A DNA stretch of 56,100 nucleotides, the filler included, from Ionaspis alba (taxonomy: Eukaryota): NCBI GenBank assembly GCA_964255285.1. It is 2 parts of 2 records of this genome, joined end to end, with 100 filler letters (N's around TTAATTAATTAA, not from the genome) between each part and the next. Parts side by side here need not be neighbours in the genome. Positions count along the whole stretch, not along the records: positions 28,107 to 56,100 come from CAXUUL010000131.1; 1 more part is not named here. One strand, 5' to 3'. Positions within the stretch are counted from its first letter, which is position 1; each line of letters starts with the position of its first letter. Below the pieces are notes generated by a model. It worked only from the letters and a program-made list of their open reading frames with translations, made no database searches and had not been told where the DNA came from. The translations under genes were made by a program, and so were the position numbers. Below are positions 48,716 to 56,100 of the stretch, in pieces.

Positions 48716-50356
48716 GATGAAGAAAGATTTCTTCCCTGTCTTGCTCAATAAGGATGGCCAGGTCTTGATGTTTTACAAGAACACGTCAGTGAGACCAGCA
48801 CTGGTATAATGTGGAAGCAACAGAAGGTGATGGGAGTCTAAAGAGAGATGAAGATTCTTGAAGAAAGTGAAAGGAATTTGCGAGACACTGCCCGGGTCTG
48901 TAAAAAGTTGAAGGGGTAAGAAAATCAGTAAGGAGTGAATGAAGTCGTGAAATGACCGTCGAATATAGGTAGCTTTTCAACAATGTGAGCGCGAGATGGA
49001 TGTCGCTCTGCGAATATAAAGGCAAATGAGTGAAGAGGCGCGTCGCCGACGGTCTTATTGTAGGTCGCGGTCAAGCAGGCAATAGGTAGGAGAGGGGCGG
49101 TGTGATCCTTACAAGAATGATATTTGAGGAGTCTATCGAGGAAGTAGCAGTAGTATGTTTCGAGGAATCGAAGATATCTGATCCAATAACAATAGGGTCA
49201 ACCTGGTCTACCTCCTCCATCTCCGGCGCCTTCTCATCAACATTTATATGCTCCATGGCCGGTCCGTCACGCTCTCGGGCATCCCATTCGGCGTGACTGG
49301 CATGCTGACCAGTCTGCTGCTTGTGTCTCCTGGCCATCGTGCACACACACACTCGCACGCTCACACGCTCACAGTCTTCACATCATCACCCTCACTGTCG
49401 TATCACCGAGTGCTCTCTCACATTGCTAGGGAGGAGGGTGGCAGGGGCTGGCATCCAGTCATGAGACAGGTCGAAGTCTAACCTGGAACCGCGCTAGCCC
49501 CACGCCCACCCCTCGTGCCTTGCTTACCCACTATCGCCTCTCCCGCTTGGCGCCGCATCCTAGCCGCGTCTTTCCCCTGCAACCTCTTCCCTCAGCCTAT
49601 CCAGTCCCTGTCGTCGGTCGGTCGGCCGGTCGGGCGCTGCCGAGGTCATGACGATCCCCAGCTCATCTCAGCTTTCCGGGAGAATCGTCTGTGTCTGGGG
49701 TATCTTCAGAATCCTCAACACTCCATACTCCACTCTGTACTCTGTACAAGTACGCAAAGTGCAGATGTAATCTTCAAATCCTTGTAATGACACTACAGGA
49801 AGATGCGGAAATGATGACAGTGTTCTGCCTCCCCCTCCAAACATCCTGACTTAGTAGCCGAGCCAGGCATGGTCCCTCAGTACAGAACATTCCTCAGTGG
49901 TGGCTGGAGGCAGCAGCAAGGAAGGAGAAAGGAAGTTCATAGGACTGCGTATGCTATGGGGGAGAGGAGGATCCAGAGAACGAACGTGTTTGTTTCATCC
50001 ATATTAGTGATGATCTCCTAGGCGCCGGCCTCCGGACAGGATGTTCGCTGCATCTTCTCAAACATCGATCTAGTCAGTGTTGAAGGACCAGAAAGATTGG
50101 TGGACCACGCTCCACCCAAATCTACGTCGAACAAGATCTAGAGTATGCTGTAATCTCTTGTGTGTCTGAATCTTCTTTGTCGTAGGCTCGCTGGTGGTGT
50201 GTATCCACTTTTATTGCCCTTTGGTTTCTTCATTCCCACACACCCCTTCATCTGAGAATTCGACATTTTGGACCCAATCACTGTCCACAATGACTCGCAC
50301 ACAGATCCTGCTCAACCCCACAGACTGAGGAACGCTTTTCCTTCGTCATTAATGAA

Positions 50357-50456
50357 NNNNNNNNNNNNNNNNNNNNNNNNNNNNNNNNNNNNNNNNNNNN
50401 NNNNNNNNNNNNNNNNNNNNNNNNNNNNNNNNNNNNNNNNNNNNNNNNNNNNNNNN
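50357..50456. other. 100-N scaffold gap
   Basis: Run of N. Confidence 0.95.
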
Positions 50457-50610
50457 TGATCTCGTCGATGAGGACTACACGCTTCCTGCCTGTACGTAAT
50501 GATCGGTCACAAGACATGCTTGGTTGAACAATCTATCGTGCGCTCCGAGTTCGCCTCGCACCCTTGGGATCATGTATTACCAATGCTTGCCCACATTCAG
50601 TGCGCTTTCA

Positions 50611-52113
50611 TCAAGTGATGGCCCGCGCCACCTCCTGATCATTTCCATCTCTCCTTCTAGTCTGCATGTTGCCTATGACCCTCGCGAGTCTTTCTATGCC
50701 CTCCGTAATGGCCGTTTCCTCCTCCCAGGCGAAGCTTAACCTTACCCCTCTGTCAAGGTCGTCAGTCCTGACATCTCCGTAGACTCCGAATATTAAGCCG
50801 TCGGCAATGATGAGATTTGCCTCGGACTTGGCCTGTGCTGCTACCTCCGCTGCCTTCAGCGGTGCGGGTAAGTAGAGCCAGATGAAGTAGCCTCCAGCAA
50901 CTTCGCGATCAGATCCAGGCATCGTAACACCGAGTGGGACAAGGCATTTTCGAATCGTAGATATCGCGGTCTGATAGCGCTTAGCGTAGGCTGGTTGGAG
51001 AACACCGGAAATATGCTGCTGCAAATCGCCCGACTCCAAGAGTTTGGACATGAAGGTCGCCGTCAGTTGCGAAGGAGCTCCACCTGATCTGGTGGATCCG
51101 CTTGCTCGGGCTGTCAGCAGCAGACTCACGGCGGGAAGGAAGCACACAAGACCTACGTCTGAGAGACGGCATATGACAACTTGGGGGTTCCTTCAGCCCA
51201 CCCCGTTCGACAGCCAGGCCCTGCAATCTTGCTGAAGCTTCCGTTACTGACAGCATTTCCAAAGCCATCGGCACCCACGCGCTCTGCTCCTCCTCCTAAC
51301 GTTCGGTCGATGTCCACGAGGCGTGGTAGCAAAGCTGTTCCCAACGCACCGTTCGATGTCGACGATGTCCTCCACTGGAGCTGGTCATATACGTCGTCGG
51401 TAACGACAAGAGCATCGTACTCTCGAGCCACTTCGATCAGATCTTGACGGCGACGCAAGGTCATGGTCTTCGAGGATGGATTGGCGAAAGTAGGCACGGC
51501 ATAGATAAGGTGCCGATAGATTTTCCCCTTCTCCCTCCATGGCTTCAGCTTCTGTCAAGATGAGTTAGTAGCCCGGTCTCGTCCTCTACACCGGTCATAT
51601 TGAAGTATCTACAGTGTTCGCCTCTCATACCGGCTCGACGTTGCCATCCGAGACAGCCTCCTCCTCGCTCTTCCGGAGTGCCTCTCTCAGGAAGGAGATG
51701 TCAACACCCGCATCGTCTTCGGGAACAGAACGCAGGCGTCCGCCAAAGCCTGAATCTTCGAAGATCCGGCATGCCATGAAATAAGTCGGGGATACCATCC
51801 ACACATTTCGAGTGTAAATCGGATCCGAGAAGACTTGAAGGATACAAGCCAGGTTTTGGCTGGCGCCCCCAGTGATGCATATCCTTTCCGAACTAATGGG
51901 CTCCCGGTGACCATAAAACTTGGTCAGCCATGCGGCAATCTGATGCCGTAAAGGCTCGTACCCGGGATCCGGACCGTAGAGGAGGCCAGGTGTGAAAACG
52001 GCAGGATCCTCCAGAGCTGCCACAGACGCGGCTTTAACCTGAGCCACGGGAAGTAAAGCGGGATTGGGCCAGCCGCGAAGGAGGTTGATGAGTGACTTCG
52101 GTCGGTTCTTCAT
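50611..52113 (-). CDS. PLP-dependent class I/II aminotransferase (yeast YER152C-like)
   Basis: INLLRGWPNPALLP, YGPDPG, ITGGASQNL, PTFANPS, TDDVYD, SNGSFSKIAGPGCRTGW (PLP lysine), GGYFIW, VRLSFAWE. Confidence 0.92.
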
Positions 52114-52881
52114 CTTTCTCCTGGCAATGCAGATGAACTCAGTTCGTTCCAAACACCCTATTTGATAGGGTAATTTCTGCTTGCAATCCTCAAGGTCGGA
52201 TCTCTTGATCTTGTAAGGGCGATGGCGCCAAGGTTGATGCAAGTAATTTTAGCAGCACCGGTCGCGATCTAGATTCCCCGAAAACAGCGGGGTCCTTAGG
52301 TGGTTTGCCCCTCCGCTTAGTAGATCTTCCTCCAAATGATGAGATTTCCCCCTCTACCCCCACCATCCCCCCGGATCTGCATCAAGTGCACCGTACATGA
52401 TCAAGCTTGTGAGCAACCTCGTTTTTCCGACCCTTCGTCCGCTAACTAACCAAGGACAGAAAACCCTTTGCAAGATGTAGAAAAAACCTGGTGGTTACCT
52501 CCCCCTATTGTTATCATTGCCCTTCTTCTCCAGTTACGAACCGTCGACGACGACCTACATAAATATTGCTACCAGACATCCCTAACGATCCTCTGCATCC
52601 ATCACTGCGCCTGAACCATCGATATGCAGTGCAACATCTCCAATCCTCCGCGAAGCTGAGGAGCGCAACCTCGCCAGGTTGGCCATGCGGCGATGCTTTG
52701 TTATTTCTACCTGTTCCATCAGACCTTTCATCATCCTTGAATCTTCCTTGGAACGACTATAGCCATCATAGCCATGTTCGAATCGCCATCAGGGTCGTCT
52801 GTGTCTTGATTACCCAGAGCTTGCCATAGGCAGCCGACTGCTTTGTGCCATACAGTCTACGTACTTCAGCCCGTCAACAAT

Positions 52882-55869
52882 ATGACCACAACGAAAGAGC
52901 CCTCTCATACGCGCGTCTTCTCGCTGCTCTCTCTGGGAAGTGACTCTTCGACATCGAGGAGCAACGAAGACCCGAATCGTCCAAGCTCGACAGGACTGCG
53001 GCCACTGCCCTCTTCACGAGATGCCAGTCCCAATCCTCTCCTGCGCTCGACCCCAGACATTCGATCATCCCGCTCGCCTCAGAGAGAGTCCCCAACACAG
53101 CATGTTGGGGCTGCTAGTTCCCACCATCGACTACCGTCACTAAGTCTTCGATCAACAACGTCCATGCAGAACCTCAGCTCCGCACGATCTGATGCCAGTG
53201 TAGCCGGCCATCAATTCCACAACATTGGACCTTCCCCATCCTCGTCACAACAGTACGGTCTTCCACTACGGCAATCCCCCATAGGCACTCCCTCCTACAG
53301 TCCCCACTCCGCGGCTTCAGTGGGCTTACCTGGTGACGACGTTCTGCTCCCTCCACCCAAGATCCGAGATCAATTTCCGGACCGTTCCTCATCATCTAAC
53401 AGTAATCGGGTGGGCAACAAATTGAGAAGTCGATCTGCAAGTAGAGGCACCAGCTCCCCGGTTAGCCGTACATCTTCGCCTGCACCAATTCTCGATCTAC
53501 CGCGACCGTCGACGCCAGGAGAAGGGAGATTGACCAAGAAGAAGAGCTGGTTGCCTGGCAGATCTCACAACAGATCAGAAGGCGGGTCGGGGATTGCTTC
53601 AGCCTTGCAGGCTTGGGTTGTCAGTCCCCAGGGGAACATTGCCTACGATGCCTCCAATCTTATGAAGGCACAGCCAGTAAGTGATCGGCGCAGTAGTGAC
53701 TTCGTTATGTGACTTACACTCCCCAAGGTTGTGGAATTGTGGGACGAGACGGGAAACACGTTTGTATATCTGTTCCCTCCAGAAAGTGGGCTTGGTCCAT
53801 CGTTCAAAATCGATTCCGCCTTGATTGGATCATCAAGATCCCTCACTGCTCTCGCTCACGGCGGCCTCACCGGTGCAACTAGACGTCAACCCAGTAATCG
53901 AAGTGGGCATAGCGCGGGTCACAACCTCCCAAAACACCTGAGACAGCAATCTCTCGACATAGCCGAACTTAGCTCGCGTACACCGTCCGCAAAGCACAGA
54001 AATAGGTCTGCTTCCATTGATACTAGCTCCGACGGCAGATCAGACGGTTCTGGCCCGGTCGGTGACTTTGTTGAAGAATCATCGCAGGAGATTCACCTTT
54101 ACCTACCGCTTGGCATACATCCGACATCCCCAGCGGTAGCTCTCCCTCAAGAAGATATCGAGAACCTTGTGGCGTTCAGGAATCTTTTTGCCTTCCTGGT
54201 TGGCCAGGTCCTGGTGGGGACACCGAAACAGCCGTCGATCTTCTTGATTTTCCTGAAGATTGCACAACTCCTGCAGCACTACGATTTTACAAATCTGGAT
54301 GGCTCCACTCTGGGCGAGATACCCACAGCGAGCTTCATTGGGTATACGCGTGACCTTCGGCTAGATGACATTAGAACTAGTCGGGAGAAAACCCTCGAGG
54401 CCATCGTACTCGGCGAGCGCATGAAATCATGGGCGCTCTACAACGAGGGTTTCGTACATGGAGTAGGGAAGTGGGACGACCTCGTTCACCTTGGCAGTCC
54501 TACTTTCTCACTCATCAGCAACATCACCCGTAGCAGGATGGAAAAGGCCTCTATGGACCTATTTATCCGACTCAAAGCAATGCGGACGCGTCTAGAAGAT
54601 TTTGACGTACCGAGCTTGTTCGCTGGTGTCGCAGCATCCAGCACCGGCGGAAAGACAATAGACTTTAAGGCATGGCGGATCTCGTTTGCAGCGATGCGGA
54701 AACACACCATGTCACTCTACAAAAACCGTTACGGATCGTGGCCTCCGAAGGCCAAATCAAAGAAAAACGACTTTGAAGAGAGTGGCCTCAATCGTATTCT
54801 TCTCAAAGAGCTCTACCAGGACTTTTCAGATTTGTATGACATGCTAGTCGACCGGAATTCTCTCACCACACGTTCGTCAGACATGCCAGCCCAGGACCCG
54901 TCATTGTCCGCTAACACACAAACTCATGCTCTACGGAGACTACTGAGCGAATTCGACCGGAGCTCTCCTCCAGTTCAACCACCGATCCCCTTCGATATAC
55001 CTCGCTTGCCCGACTTGTCCACCACCAGACGGGATTTCGATAGTCTTCCGGATAAAAAGCAAGCTAGGGAACGTGGCAAGAAGCTCAAGGACGATGAAAT
55101 CAACATGGCTTTGATGCAATCATATAACCGGGATTCTGTCAAGGTTACTCCTTTCTTGGAGTCCTTCATGACCTTCGAGCGGAATACGGCGCATGGCAAA
55201 TCCGTCGATGAAATACGTGAAATGCGCATCGGACAGTGGATATTCATGTACGTCGTTCTGCAGTCGCTTCCTTTGGTGGTCGTCGACGCCCCCGGAGTTC
55301 GGCACACGCATGGGGTGGAATATTTCCTCTGCGAGGTGCCGAAGGGCTCAGCTCCATGGATGAAGGAGGAGACCGGACGCAAGAAAGCTTACTACCGGGT
55401 GGCTGGTGGTACGGGAGTCGTCAGTTTGCCTGCTGACATCGTCGATCATGGTGTTGAGGGCATCTACCGACGTAGTCACTGCTGGCAGGTGGCTGACAGG
55501 TGGACCGGACACGATGGAAGCACTAGTGACTCACCTGCATTTCCCACTCGAGAAGACTCTTTAAGTGGGGTTAGCCAACGATCGGGGCCCTTCGATTTCA
55601 ACTTCTGGGATGCTACTGCTGCTCCACTGCCGCTTCCTCACCAGATCGATCCCGATGGCGTGGGTGGATCATCGGGAGCATCCAGGCCTAGTTCCGCAGG
55701 CGGACAAAGTGCAAGGAACTCGGTGGCATTGGGGTTGGAAGCACTACCTCTTCCCCCTGGGGTAGTCCCTAGTGGTTTTTCGGCGGGACTGCCGACTTCT
55801 AGCACCCCAGACCCTTCTAAAAGTTTTGAGAACATCCTTGGACCAAGTACGCCGAGGAAAAAGAGATGA
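52882..55869 (+). CDS. Conserved fungal protein of unknown function: Ser/Pro-rich disordered N-terminus followed by a folded helical domain
   Basis: Two long ORFs are joined by an intron at about 53677-53727. ELWDETGNTFVYLF..GPSFKI, RNLFAFL, LYNEGFVHGVG, YGSWPPK, LYQDFSDLYDMLVD, WIFMYVVLQSLP, GVEYFL. Confidence 0.85.
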
Positions 55870-56100
55870 GCTTATGAGGCGCCGTCACACGTTCCGTATT
55901 CATTGGATCAGATTAGACAAAGCGAATTGAGAAAGTTTGGGAAAACCAACCTCGTCAATAAGTACTAATCTTGGATTTAGAATTTTCCTTGCGTGATATA
56001 GTGGGCGATATTCCCTCTAAGAGATGCATCTGTACATACTAGCATAGCAATCCCCGCCAAATTTGGACATAGTGGCAATCTAATAGACTTCTATCTACTT

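Noticed and set aside
49071..49787. Short ORFs upstream of the GH55 gene
   Set aside because: No recognisable motifs or splice structure. Consistent with promoter/intergenic sequence.
41199..52113. F-box, GH55 and aminotransferase (or GST and questin oxidase) as a biosynthetic cluster
   Set aside because: There is no backbone enzyme (PKS, NRPS, terpene synthase), transporter or cluster regulator, and the neighbours are housekeeping genes.

Overview
Gene-dense euchromatin from a filamentous ascomycete (Pezizomycotina). It has short GT-AG introns with CTRAY-type branch points, and about 21 intact protein-coding genes can be reconstructed by joining ORF fragments across introns. They are: PMP4/PXMP4, the SltA/ACE1 C2H2 factor, a secreted lysozyme/GH19-like protein, an IPA1/UBE3D-type HECT_2 protein, a questin-oxidase-family protein, ATP4, NOC4, a Sel1-repeat DSF2/Nif1-like protein, a membrane-anchored bZIP, a ZC3H3/Red5-like CCCH protein, TFG2, a Ure2p-class GST, a BTB protein, CTF18, TatD/Scn1, NOP1, RPL17, a large F-box-like protein, a GH55 exo-glucanase, a PLP aminotransferase and a conserved unknown. 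There are also decayed genes, AT-rich relics and four 100-nt assembly gaps, one containing an artificial six-frame-stop linker. I see no large novel multi-gene system. The best leads are: (1) an H/ACA guide RNA in the long IPA1 intron whose pocket matches the U2 snRNA branch-recognition region (snR81-like); (2) a secreted protein with GH19/lysozyme-like motifs; (3) an ATF6/CREB3-like bZIP-TM protein with a luminal RSLL; (4) an otherwise open ORF broken by a single in-frame TAG; (5) a TAGCATAGGGCT motif shared by two ribosome-biogenesis bidirectional promoters. All family assignments are from motif recognition, not database searches.
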